From NCBI GenBank assembly GCA_030704615.1, contig CM060731.1, positions 66,278,001 through 66,342,000 on the forward strand: a stretch of DNA of 64,000 nt. The letters are read 5' to 3'. Origin of the DNA: Takakia lepidozioides (Eukaryota > Plantae > Bryophyta). The notes beneath the pieces were generated by a model. The model saw nothing but the letters and a program-made list of their open reading frames with translations, was not told the DNA's origin and made no database searches. A program made the position numbers and the translations under genes. Each line of letters starts with the position of its first letter. Position 1 is the first letter of the stretch. Of the stretch, positions 11,040 through 23,800 are shown piece by piece.

Positions 11040-13006
11040 TTACCATTGTCAAGTTTGAGAGTACTTGCACTGCCAAGTTAGTACGATGTGCCATGCAATG
11101 TATTCCCAAAGAGTGAGGGGCCATGCATCATGGATCTGTCCTGTTACTCCATTTCTCACCCCTTGAAAAACATTTACTCCATCAGCCCCAAAGCTCAATA
11201 GTTTGTCTCTAATGCGCTCTTGTGGCATGCGTCCACCTATCATGAGTGCTTCCATGATCTTCCTTGTGAGATTATCAGATCCTCCCCCCCCCCTCCATAA
11301 CTCTCTCTAGAGAAAGCAAGATAGGAGCACGCACCCAATTGTCGACAACAGCATGAACTGAAATCCATGATTGGTTGTCAACTGTTGAGACTTCATCACA
11401 AGTTAAAGCCACAAACTTAGCAGCCCCAATAACATCTCTTGTTGCTTCCATGACAGTGGTGTGCATATGTTCAGCCATTGACCACCCTATTGTATCATAC
11501 CAGTGCTTCTTTGGGTTTCTCGGAACATTCAGGAAATCAAAGAGCCTTTTACATGACTCATATTCTATCATAGGATGCCCCTGTTGGAGGATGTGAAACA
11601 CTGTGGCAAACTGAACTACCTTTCTTTTCCTTTCACCTGCCACTGCATTCGCTATTTGGGCTGATACTGACTCACGACTGCGGGAGGCCATCAACACCAC
11701 ATTTTTTGCATGCTTAGACTCTTTGGTGAAGTAGAAATCACATTTTTTTTATTGAAGTACCAGCAATCGCCCTGTCAGCCTTCCTACGCCCAACATGTTT
11801 TTGCAGGCTGTCCCACTTAGGAGCAAGGAGTTTCGCCTTCCCCTCTGCCTCTGTGCATACAGTACATTTTACAGTGTGAAGGATGCCATCGTTACCAAGA
11901 CATATCTCAGCCCATGGCAACCTTGCTGCCCAAGTATCCTGAAACTTCCTCGCTTTATTGTAACTACGCTTTTTGTTGTTCGTATGAGGTGTACTCGGCA
12001 GAACTACTGGTGGGTTGGCTGAATCACTCAAACAGATCACATCATCGGGAAGTTGCTCTACTTGACTCATCTGAACTGGCGTACAAGATGACGTTGAGGG
12101 CAAAGAGCCAGATGCTTCAGGATTTCTGCTGGAGTAGAAATAACGAAATTTGTATGACTGGGGTAGTTGAGGAGGCATTGTGATAGCAAGTAGGATAAGG
12201 CAAACACCACATTCAAGCTCTCAGACTTAGGCTGGGAGCTCGCCGTTCTTGGGAGAGTCAGCTTGGTCTTAGCAGGCTGAGTTTCAATCTCTACTCGCTC
12301 AGCTGCACCGTGGTGTTTCTCACAGACCAAATACAACACTTGCACATACATAACCTGAACTTTGATCTCTCTTATAATTTCTTGCTACACTAGTGTAAAA
12401 CAGAGAAATCAAGGGAAAGAGGGCCTGCGAATAACTTCCCTGTACTCAACATTGAATTAAATGGTATGGTGCAGCGCTTCCACTCCACCTCCATAACCAG
12501 CCCAAATCGCAGCCCATCCACTCGACGTTCATAACCACACCTGATCGCAGACCATCCACACCAGATCGCAGCCAATATCGTAGCCCAAGAAATCCTCCAT
12601 AACATAACTACCTGCATCTGTAACCCTAAACAGATCGCAGCTTATGAAGATTCTCTATAACAATTACATACACCCGTAATCCGTAAGTACTGGCGAAAAT
12701 TTGGAATGGAGGTGGCGAGAGGGACCCCGGAGGTTGAGAGCTTGGCTAAACGAAGGGTTGTGATGCGGCCGCCTAGGCGATAATGCATGGTCATGATGTG
12801 CCCCTTGGCGATAGGACATGAACCCACGTATGGTTAGGGTGGCGAATTGATGGGCCCATGATGGCGCGATTAGGCACGAGATATTCCATCAATGGCGCTT
12901 TATGGCGAATTTTAGGCATTTTGACCCCCCTAATTCCTTTGTACAAGTAGCCAGGGCATTTGCCACCTCGAAATTTGGCGATTTTTTTGCCAAAAAAAAC
13001 ACTCTG
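11040..13006 (-). mobile_element. Decayed hAT-superfamily transposon with frameshifted transposase fragments
   Basis: ORF pieces 11738..12178 (RKFQDTW..LPW..CTVC zinc-finger-like), 11275..11700 (AKFVALTCDEVSTVD) and 11049..11255 (SFGADGVNVFQG, followed by an HC.AH motif in a shifted frame). Terminus CAGAGTGTTTTTTTT on the minus strand at 13006, with GGCGA-rich subterminal motifs. Confidence 0.75.
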
Positions 13007-13016
13007 CTTCCAACGT

Positions 13017-13076
13017 CCAAGCTACATTTAGCGTCAATGTAGGGCCCACCCCGAAAGGGGCCAAGCTATATTTAGC
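13017..13076 (-). repeat. Inverted copy of the 44-bp repeat
   Basis: ccaagctacatttagcgtcaatgtagggcccaccccgaaaggggccaagctatatttagc is the reverse complement of the 10904 array unit. Confidence 0.9.
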
Positions 13077-13267
13077 TGATTACCTGCCCCTGTGAAGGAT
13101 TGCAATTTCAAGCACATTTTAAGAAAGCAAAGAAGACTTGGCAGGCGAAGTTAAGCTATTTTGCAGGGACAGAAGATGATCTATTGATTTAAAATATTCT
13201 GTACGTCTATTTTTAATTGTTCAATTCCTCGGCCACGACTTTCCACTAACAATGCAGTCGAAGCTTA

Positions 13268-13378
13268 GTTATCCTCATATGTCTCCTGAGCCACTTTTTT
13301 ACGAAGTTTTATTATAGCATCTATAATAGCTTCTGGTTTCGGAGGACAACCAGGTAAATAAATATCTACAGGAATACA
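13268..13378 (-). pseudogene. ndhK: Short plastid-derived ndhK fragment (probable NUPT)
   Basis: Translates to [35 protein letters not shown], the conserved C-terminal motif of NdhK/NuoB. AT-rich; the rest of the gene is absent. Confidence 0.8.
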
Positions 13379-13959
13379 TTTATGCACAGAAGGTTTCTGC
13401 AGGGTAGGTTTGGGCATGGCCATTTGCCTCTTCTTGTGTGCATGTTTGCTCAAAGGTTTTACACCTTGGAGAGTTCTCCATGCGATGAGGCAATTCAGCA
13501 ATGGAGAGCTACTCGGGCTTGCTACGCATTTGATGCTTAGAGGTGTTGGGCTGCAAAGGTTGTGTTAAATCCAAAGCACCATTTGAGTGTGCAAATGTAG
13601 ACATGGCTTGTTATGGTTCAATGTGTTTGAACTAATTCATATGGACAATATGAATACTAATCAGCCAGACCTCTTCTTTCCTTGAAGTCGGCATGTTATG
13701 ACACCCTCTTCCGTGGATCCATATCTGAACTGTTTGCATATGTTAGACACATTTGATGTCATTTTTGTTTTGTAAGTGTTTGTAAGTGCAGGTTCAATCC
13801 CCCCGCAACTCTATTCTTGTGTTTGGGTCAGAGTCCGTGAATAGATTTGTTTGCAGGTTAGAGTCTGTGAATGGATTTGTTTGCAGGTCAGTGTCTGTAT
13901 TTCTTCCAAGTTCTATTCGTCAGATTGCCCTCTTTTAAGGGTCTAGGGTGCCACACATT

Positions 13960-14217
13960 AGCAGCTTTGTAATTGAAAATCGCCATCCAAACCACAATTG
14001 ACCCTTGTTAATCGCCACATTATTTCACCACCTCTTCCAAAAAATTAGCCACCAAATGCTCCAAACAAATCAAATCATGTGCCATATTTACATATAATTT
14101 TTTTGCCTATAGCCACCAAAAAAAATGAGCCTGTTGATTGATTTCGCCTCATGAGCACTGGTTACATGAGACAGGTAGACTCGCCAGCTACATTACAAAA
14201 TCGAAAAAAAAAACACT
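13960..14217 (-). mobile_element. hAT-like MITE end fragment
   Basis: Ends in aaaaaaaaaacactg (reverse complement CAGTGTTTTTT) with several TCGCC/GCCA subterminal motifs like those at 12840-13006. Confidence 0.35.
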
Positions 14218-14730
14218 GGTTGGAAGTACACAATGACTTTGGATTCATTTGGGACTAAAACTAAAAGTGCTTGGACCCGGTATCCAATAGATGGCCCACT
14301 AGTTACCGGGGCACAAGTTGTGGTGTGGTTTCAGAGTTACATAGGCATAAGTTGGATGTCACCCATTATGACCAATCCAGCCGTAAGAGTGGGTACCTGG
14401 GTCAGCTAGTTAGTTAATGTGTTGGTACTTATGGCCTTTCGAGTCTTGAGGGAGGTTTGGGCAGCCGTGCTGCCCCGGGTGCGGCAGTTAAAAGGTGTAC
14501 GATGTCCAAACGGCAAGTGGTTGCCTTTCGGGTTGAAAGGGATGCCGTAAGTTACGCTTGCTTCCGCAATAGTCTTTTTTAGAGCTACTTCATCTTGTGG
14601 TGCACTGTATTTCCTTACAACACTAAGACATTTTGGAGCGATATTTAGAGACCAAAGTATAGGAAGTTGAGGCTATGTGTGTGGATGGGCTCACATAAAC
14701 GGCTCACGAATCGTCAGCCCTTCCCAACAC

Positions 14731-14976
14731 CAATGGACGTGGACATAGACCCTATAATTGCAGAGAAAATGTAGGGTCTATTTTTATTTTTATTTATTTA
14801 TTTTGTAGTCAATTCATGTTGCGTCAACGCAAATATAATTCTAGTTGATGGGGCTGCCCGACAACAATGGACGCAGACATAGACCCTATAATCACGGAGA
14901 GAATATAGGGTCTATTTTTTTTTTTGGTAGTCAAATCATGTTTGCGTCAACGCAGATATAAATCTAGTTGATGGGG
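14731..14976. repeat. Direct duplication of a roughly 115-bp unit with internal hairpins
   Basis: Copies at about 14731-14853 and 14865-14976. Each has an atagaccctata...tagggtctat stem and a ttgcgtcaacgca near-palindrome. Confidence 0.8.
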
Positions 14977-15212
14977 TTGATGTTTACTAAGGAAAAAAAC
15001 ATATATATATATATATATATATTTTAAATAGTTATTTTTCAGAGGTCAATTTTGCAATGATAGAGTGATCCACAATAGAGAATAAGCTTCTCATTGAACA
15101 ATATTGTCATCCTCAATGCCCGCGTGTGGCCGCGTGGCAGAGGGGTCGTGGATGTGGGAGCGCCCCTACCCGGCAAGCTAATCTGCTGGGGCCCACAATA
15201 TACACATATAAA

Positions 15213-15365
15213 GTTCTAGCGACGACAAAAGGTCGAGAGCTAGTTTAGCATAGAGCAGATATAGGGTGCCTTAGTGCCACGTCATCATCGCCACGTTTCG
15301 TAGCCATGTCATCAATGTTTTTAATCTGCCCGGATTGCCCGAAATGCCCGAAAATAACCGTGTCT
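15213..15365. repeat. Dispersed repeat with terminal hairpin, related to the copies at 50929 and 52111
   Basis: ttctagcgacgacaaaaggtcgagagctagtttagc...atagggtg matches ttctagtgacgactgaaggtcggagactagttt...atagggtg. Confidence 0.65.
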
Positions 15366-15499
15366 TGCAGCGCGGGAAACGACGATGATGCCCCAGCGTG
15401 GTTGAGCATGGAGGGGTGTCACACACCGATCTCAAAGGGAGAGCCAACATGCTGCACAACCTTTTTCACAGATAATAGAGAGAGGAGAAGCTCTGGAAT

Positions 15500-17720
15500 G
15501 AATACGTTCGGATTCATCCAAGAGGGCCGGAATTCAAGCTCCAGAGAGGTCCATGCTGCCATTGAAAGCTGGAATCGTGCCAACTATCATTCTGGACACT
15601 ACTGTGGAGAACATGTATGCCAAGTGTGAAGAATGCAAAGGCAGTGTTCGATAGTATGGCTTAGCGAAATTAGTCTCTTGGAATCTGATGGTCGCAGGGT
15701 TTTCCCAGCATGGATGTGGGATGGAGGCATTGGAGACTGTACGATGTGAAGAAGTTTGTCCATCGTGTGTGCTGCTTGTGTCTGTAGTCAAGTAATGTCG
15801 GATTGGTCTGTGTGAACCACCACGGTGCAGCTAAGCAGGCAGAGATTGAAACACGGCCTGCTAAGACCAAGCTGACTCTCCCAAGAACCTTCTAAACATC
15901 AGGAAGAATACCAAATCATGGTACTAACAGGAGCCAAGAGCCCACATGATTGGGTGTTTCCTAGAACAAATCTAGGCTGTCATTGTCAGCTGCTAGCAAC
16001 AATGACAAAGATGAATGTATGATTTGTGCAGAGGCATGGATAACTGAAGGAGAAGGGATAGAGTGTGGGTCCATATATCCAAGAGGGCCAGATTTCAAGC
16101 ACAAGATTACGTATGATTTCCTGTGGATCAATAGCTACAAGAAACCTGCATGCGTAGATGGTCAATTAAAGGCAGCAGCTGCAGCGGCACAGTTGATAAA
16201 ATCAGGCACCTCAACCCTGACCACAACTTCTGGAAGAGGATCAAGAGAGGGAGTCCACAATGCCTCTTCTGGCACTTTTGGGCATGCGAAGATGCTTTGT
16301 GAGGCAGGCAGACTGAAAGAGGCTCTACAGACTTTAAACCAAAGAAGAATTTCAGCAGATTCAGATACGTATGTCTGTCTCTTGTATAAGTGCATCAAGA
16401 TGAAAGGCCTTGAAGCTAGAAAGCAGGTGCACACAAGGGGTGAAGCCCATCCACATCACGTTCGTTTGTGTTTGCAATACGTGTGCAAGCCCTGGAAAAG
16501 GGGAAAGAGGTTCATGATGACATCGTCAAAGCTGGAATTGTACCAGATGTCATTCTAAACACTGCTCTGCTGGACATGTATGCCAAATGTGGAAAAGGGC
16601 AAAGAGGCCTACGGCGACATTGTTAGAGCTGGAATTGTACCCGATGTCATTCTGAACAATGCCCTCGTGGACATGTATGCCAAATGTTGGAGCATCGAGG
16701 ATGCGAAAGCAGTGTTCAACAATATGGTTGAATGAAATGTTGTGTCGTGGAATGCGATGTTTGCAGGGTATGCACAACAGGGGCGCGGGATGGAGGCTTT
16801 GGAGACGTGTGAGCAAATGATGGTGGAAGGGGTGAAGCCCGACCACATCATGTCTGTGCGTTTGCAAGCCTGGCAGCCCTGGGAAAGGGCAAAGAGGTGC
16901 ATGGTTGCATCGCAAAAGTTGGAATTGTACCAGATGTGATTCTGAACAATACCCATGTGGACATGTATGCAAAATGTGGGTGCGTCCAGGATGCGAAGGG
17001 AGTATTTGACATTATGGTTGAACAAGATTTGGTGTCGTGGAGTGCGATGATTGCAAGGTATGCATAGCAAGGGCGTGTGATGGAATCTTTGGAAACCTAT
17101 GAGCAAATGATGGGGGAAGGGGTGAAGCCCGACCACATCAAGTTTGTTTCCGTTTGCAATGCTTGTGCAAGCCTGGCAGCCCTGGAAAGGGCAAAGAGGT
17201 CCATGGTGACATCGTCAAAGCTGGAATTGTACACTGCCCTGGTGGATATGTGCACCCTGTGACAAAGCAGGTGCACACTCACATTATCATAAGTTGCTCA
17301 ATTTGTATGGTGTTCAACTGTTGCGGGCATCACCTTAGTAGTTTTGGAGCGACTGTTCCCACTGATAGTCAGGTGCCCGAGGAACTGGAACAGCTAAAAA
17401 AAGGTCTTAGTCGGAAAGGCTGGAGCCTCTTTGTTCATACAATCATACAGTATTCAAGACAACAATATATGATTGCAGGATCTGCTCAGCATGGTCATGG
17501 TCTTTTTAACTCTTTCAGCACATGCAAAGAGAAGGCATGAAGGCAGATAGTGTCTCCTTTATTAGTGTCCTCAACGCTTGTGCTGGCCCGGAGGCTCCTT
17601 GCCAGCATCATCAAAGCTGAATTTGAGTCAGATGTTGGACTCGGGAATGCCCTTGTCTCAAACTCTTTCAACAAATGCAAAGAGAGGGTGTGAAGCATGT
17701 CTAACAAGTATGGACATTCA
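15500..17720 (+). pseudogene. Decayed PLS-class PPR gene fragments
   Basis: Repeated LVDMYAKC, VSWNAM.AGYAQ.G.G and [23 protein letters not shown] motifs broken by stops and frameshifts. N-terminal leader plus the first repeat (MLCEAGRLKEAL...DSDTYVCLL) at 15983-16435. Confidence 0.85.
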
Positions 17721-17812
17721 CTTGTGGAGCATGTCTAGTGAGAACTATTCATTTTATAGAAGGTAATAATAGTTTTCCGTGGTAAGACATCTGGGGACAG
17801 TTTGTGGATGTA

Positions 17813-20800
17813 TCAGGTTCTTCTTTCTTTTGCTTTTCTAGCGGTTGGTTTTTCTTGAGAAGACAACCCAGATGTGGATTTGCGAAGGGCATCCAAAGGC
17901 TCACTTACCTCCTGCCCAATCACAACTACTCTTCTAGGCTTGATCCCGCTCATGGTTGATTTTGTGGTTGTGTACTCTTTAAGCTGCCTAGCAAGCAACA
18001 GTGAAATCCCCGACTGCACAAAACACCAACACAATGCATTATTTCTGTTACAAAAATTGAAAGCTTCTGCATGCAGTCGACTGCAGTATAAGAATGAAAC
18101 ACGGTAAGAGAAAGAAGAAAAGCATGTTTAGCATGAAGCTGAATTATGGCACGACCCAGAGGGCCTTCAATAGCACAGCTATAGAGACATACTCCAGTGA
18201 CATAACGTCGAGAGAAGGCCTTCGGTTCCAGAGGTCGCATCAAAAGTTCATGCAGGTCCTATGCACAACCCACACACACGAGTAAGGTCATACCATCCCA
18301 TGTTAGAGGAATAAAGCTCAGAGGGAAGTTTGCAAAAGTGAAATCTCTCTCTCCTCAGCTTGAGGGTGTAATAAATTTCTTTCTCCATCCAAAGCAGAGT
18401 TACTGCTTACCATCCATTAGTGTGCAAATTCCATTACATGCAGACCAGTATCACCATCAAGCACAGTTACATAACCATTTGGTTTTACACCATCAACGGC
18501 TTGTTGCCACACCATTGAGCTAAGTATAGATGCGGCCTAGTTACAGCTGGGAATGAGTTTGCCAAAGCAAAAAAATGGCCATAAGCCATTACCTGCTGAA
18601 GTTTTTGGACCTGCAGAAGGTCACGCTTCTCCAGGGTTAAGGGATTTGAGCCTCCCTCGTCGTCATCACTCTGCGGTACTTCTATGTCCAGCGCCTCCGC
18701 ATTGCGACTCAGCCAAGACTGCTTTGCTTTGGACTGTTACATCCAACACATCGAGACGAAAGAACTAAGTGTTTGACCATAAAGAATATAAAAGAAAGAG
18801 TAACTTGGAATCCATTGAAAGACTATTGAAGAAGCAGCGAAGGTTCAAAGACCTTTTCATGCCGGTACCATTTAGCACTAAGATTGCCTTTGCCAGGCTG
18901 CAGAAATAAGTGGATAAGAGGGGCCTTTGTTTCCCGAAAAACAAGAGAAGTGGGATAGATTACCCTGGTTATCAAGAGGGACCCAGGGAGAAAGAGAAAA
19001 ACCTGTGACTGTTTGCGCAGCAGTTTGTCTGCCTGAAGAGCCAGTGATACACGCTTCTGCACTGCCGGCATGTAGGCCACATTCACCGGGAAAGCTGGTA
19101 ATCCGGCAGTCTGCACTTTGCAACATATGACAGTATATTTAAAGTTAACCGTGGCACTGATGGACAGTAAACTCGTTCTGTCACTGCTGCCATCAGGGAA
19201 TTTTGAGAGAGAGAGAGAGAGAGAGTAGTCATGTCAAGACTAGAAAAGAAAGAATCTGATCAGATTATTTCTTTTACAAAAAAGACATCATCAGCCTTGT
19301 TAAAAGGCTCTATCAGTAAGTTCCAACACAAACCAGCAATGTAGAGATCACTATTATACAAAATCAGGTCTCAGGTTGAAAGAGGAAGGTCTTCCAATGA
19401 CCACAAACTGGACACAGGTTCAGGTAAGTTTCATGCCTAACTCGCTTTGTTCGGACATTCTTCGTGCTGCTAACAGGCCTAAGAAACTTCAGCCTCCAAG
19501 TCAGCTTCATCTAGCAGGGTCAGTTCTTCCTGCCTAATATTCAGATACTTGAAAATCTCCTCTACCTTGTCCGCCAGGACTAGTCCTGTTTAACAGGACG
19601 GTCATGCTTCCAAGAAAAAGAGTTGATCAACTTACATGGTTAGGCATGCGAATCAACTGACCCCACCATCTAACCTTATCATATCGAGAGCTCAAGGGTG
19701 GTACGCCAAACGGCCCCATTAGCTGTTCTAGAGAATGCTGACATGCTCTCCTTGAGCACCGAAAGCTGAATGGATTCTAAAGTTTTAGCATGGTTGGAGT
19801 TGCCAACCCACATGGCAGATGCGTATTCCAAGGTATCCAGGTTCGCATACAGGTTGTGCACCACCTCCACTTTTACATCCAGGAAGAAGACAAAGGTGGG
19901 GTTTCCTTCTTTTTTCCTCCCCTGAATAGTCTGGCTGGCTTAGGGTAAAGATATGGTTGACACAGCCTCTATTTCTCTGGAAGCCCACCTGACCTTCATG
20001 GACAACACTACTAGAGTCCAAACCAACCTCAAGACGGGCAGTTATTATCCTACAAAACAGCTTGCCAACTGTGCTAAGCAGTGTAATGTTCCCAGGCTCT
20101 TCTCTGTCGCATTATACAGATTGATGATGACACCCTCTTTCCAGCAAAAGGAGATCATTTCAGCCTTCCAAACAAGGTTAAAGAGGAGATCAGACAAAAT
20201 TCAAGATTTTCAGTGCTCCTACTTCATTCATTGGGAACACAGAACCCACCTTAGTAAGAGCATGACAGAGAGTGGAGTACTTGGGGCGATCTGAGGGTGA
20301 AACCAGGGCAATGGTGCATCCATCTGTGGAGGCACGTGCAGTTCTTCCACTTCTGTGCACGTACATCTGCAACACCACATATGATCTTAAACTAGTAATA
20401 AAATTCCCAAATACTTCTCTTCTTTCCTCTCCTCTCTGTCTGTATGTTCACACACTCTTGAGATACACAATGGCAAATGTGATGACACTGGATGGGAAAA
20501 TACCCTACACCTGGCTTGGGTATATTATTGCAAGACTATGGCTACCACAGTTGTTCTATTGGGGAAGTGTCTATTTACAATCTCTGTCTCCCTCTCTTGA
20601 TTCCTTAATTCCTAGGAATCAAATACCATCCATTGGAGTGAAACTTGTTACATAAAGTACCAGAGCCTGACACTGCAGGACTGAAACCAGGTTGCAGGAC
20701 CCAGCGCAACGCTGATATTAATTCGACCGCATATTTAAAGGTCAAGGAGTTAGAGTTTGTTGCTTTGACCTGTGTACCTCAGCAGAGTGGGGCAGCTGGT

Positions 20801-23800
20801 AGTGGATAACAGTGCGGACGCCTGCCACATCAAGACCTCTAGCTGCTACATCTGTTGCAACCATCACGGATCCTTCATTTGCACGGAAGTGATCCATTGC
20901 CTACACCAATGTACGCCAAGAACCCACGGCCAGAACTCATACATTTCAGTCTCTCATCTTGCTGTCCTATATTCTGAACCTCATTCAAAAGCCATGATTA
21001 CATCCTGAGCTGCCCAAAGCTTTCCAAGCGGAGTCCCTTACAGTTATGTTCTTTCAGATTCCTGTGTGACTCAATCTCCTCATTGGCTAAGGAGAGAATG
21101 TACTAACAAGACGTTTGCCGTAGCCTTGTGGCCATAGACCCCGCACCCAGTTTGGGCGGAACCAAAGGGAACAGATACTATCTTTGTGAAGGGCTCACTC
21201 TTTGGCTAGTAGCAGAGAGAATGTACTCTTAAAACGTTGTTTGCCACTAAGAAGAGAGAGAGAGAACCTACCTTTGTCAGGGGCTGACGCCGGTAGTAAG
21301 ACTTACATTAGAGAGAGAGAGAGAGATCATTCTTAAAAGCATCTCTGTATGTACCTACCGTTTCCTTGCTGTCGTAGGTGAAATACTGAGGAGAGATTTT
21401 GCTTGGTCCGAGGGTCTGCAAATTAAGATTGTCATACCCATGGAGACTACAAGAGGTATTGCTATGGCACCATGCTCATACAATGTGGTGGTCAGATCGC
21501 CCCAGCATGTAATTTGTATATGGTGCACAACCTTACTAGTTTCATCACCTTGAGGTGGAGCACACAATGAAATTGTACGAACACGATCCAGAGGGGCCAG
21601 ACAGGTCCCGCAAAATGTGTAGGTGGAAAGCAGTAAAATCTATTACTTTCACTGGTCAACGAATAAATGTAGTGAAATTCTATGAATTGTCATCTAAACA
21701 TACAAGCTACAAGAACTTGATGCTTGTATGCAAATGTCTTTATACATGGTAAAGGTGAAGTAACGTCAAAATCCAGAAGGGCCCTCACCCCTTTTCCTTA
21801 ACTCTGTTGAAAAGGTTTTAGTCTACTGTTCACATGGTGCGTCCCTGGAGGTTCACCATGTTGAGATTCTTGTCACTTGAAAATTTTGACAACTTCATGA
21901 CTACTTCCACAACTTAAAACAAATTTCAGAGAAGGAAATGACGGGGTAGAGGGAGACATTCAAAGAGTGAAGAGGACCAAGAGAGAGGAAGGTAACCAAC
22001 CTTGAGTCGCTGCTTCTGCTGCATTTGAGCATGCAGTGGCCACACTGGAACTTGCAAAAGTCGAAGTAGGGCTGAAACACGACGGAGTGCAGAAATGGAC
22101 GTACAAAACACAAGGGTACGCCCACACCCATGGATCTTCAAGACATAATACAAATATGCATCTTTCTCTTCCTCCCTACATCTGCCCCACCAAAGGATGG
22201 GAAACTTGTTATGGAATGCACAAAAGCTACAACTACAGATATTTTGCAAAATTAGCAATCACACAATCTTGTTTGAAAGGGGCAGATTCATACTCAATCA
22301 CAGATTCTTCCAGCTTTTTTGCAACAATGGTTTTCGTGGTGAGGTCAACAATAGCAGCTTTGTAGCTGACACCTGCTCTTTCTGACAGTGATGCCACTGA
22401 GTACTCATTCTTCCTTGCAGTCCCTCCCTTTTCTGTTTGGAATCCCTTCTTTAGCTTCTTCTTGAAGCCAGCGGGTAGAGCCAAGGTAGCCGAAAAGACG
22501 AGTGTCTGTCGCCTTATAGTCGACTTTCCAGCTACAGAGTTTTCAGCCTTTGACATACTGGTTCCTGATTCACGTTCTCCAAATTCTGATCCCTCACCAC
22601 CATCCTCAGTGCTGTTTGGCTCTTCAGTAACGTCTGACTCTGGTTCCATATCTGAGGATGTGGCCTTATGCCTTTTAGAGGCCTTGCTTGATTCTTGGGT
22701 ACGTGATGGAGTGTTGTGGTTCACAGCAGGAAGCATGTCAATGATTGATTGGAGCTCACGAAAATGGCCCCTTTCGACCATACGGTCTGCCTCGTCCAGG
22801 ACGAAAAATGAGAGAGACGACAGCTGCCCCCCAGCAACCATAGTATGCTCAGATACAAGCGTAAGAGACAAGGTAGACAATATGAATTGATGTCAATGAA
22901 GACAGCTACTGTCAGAAAAAACCATACTCTGACCACAAGGAACTCAGAAATTACACCGTAAGATCTAGGATACAACCCCGACCTACACTTCCAACGGTAA
23001 ATGCGAGAGTGGGTAGTGAGAAGTCAGTTCCAGACAGAGAAACTGAGATCAGTGAGACCCAGAAGATGAGAGGGGGAGGTGGAGGTGAGAGAAAAGAGAG
23101 AGGAAATCCCAGTGGACCAGAAAACCAAATCAGACCTCAAGCAGGTGATCTTCTCCACCACTCATAAGCTCCCATACCCGACCAGGCGTGCCAACCACGA
23201 TCTCAGGCTGCTGCTTCAACAGACGCTGTTGCTTCTGAGGAGCCATGCCCCCCACGATTGGCATCACTTTTATGTTTGTCCATTTTGCTACTGCTCTCAA
23301 GTGATCACAAACCTGTACCAAACCTGCAGACAGTTTAGCTTGAAGTCTCCCAAAGGTTCTCATTAGTGGTCTTACACCACTTCAGTAGCACTGAGCTGCA
23401 AAGTTCCATGTCACTCTGACAGCCAATCATTTTGACTTTTGGAGGTGAAGACTATCATTACCTCTGAGAGGGCTAGAGCAATGCAAAGTCAAGATCCTTA
23501 TGCCAATAGAGACAAAATTTCCTGCAAGTCTATCGCTGCCCCATCTCTTGTAATCATAAAGCAAGAGAGCTGTATATGAATCTGTCTATTTCGTCCTTTG
23601 GAAATTTTATTATGACAGCCTTCAGCAATGGTCACCCTCATGCAAACACACTCCAATGATGACAACTGAACACAACAGCAAATGATGGGATGAAAACAGA
23701 AAAGAGAGCCCGCCAAATTAACCTGCAATGCAAGCTCTCTGGTGGGGGTGACAACCAGGGCACGAAGAGGACGCCTGGTCCTAGATTCCTTGAGCTGTCC

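Noticed and set aside
13265-13501. A functional nuclear ndhK gene
   Set aside because: Only about 36 codons match NdhK; the upstream part is unrelated and most of the protein is missing.
14220-14700. Possible LINE zf-RVT remnant
   Set aside because: No unambiguous motif could be read.
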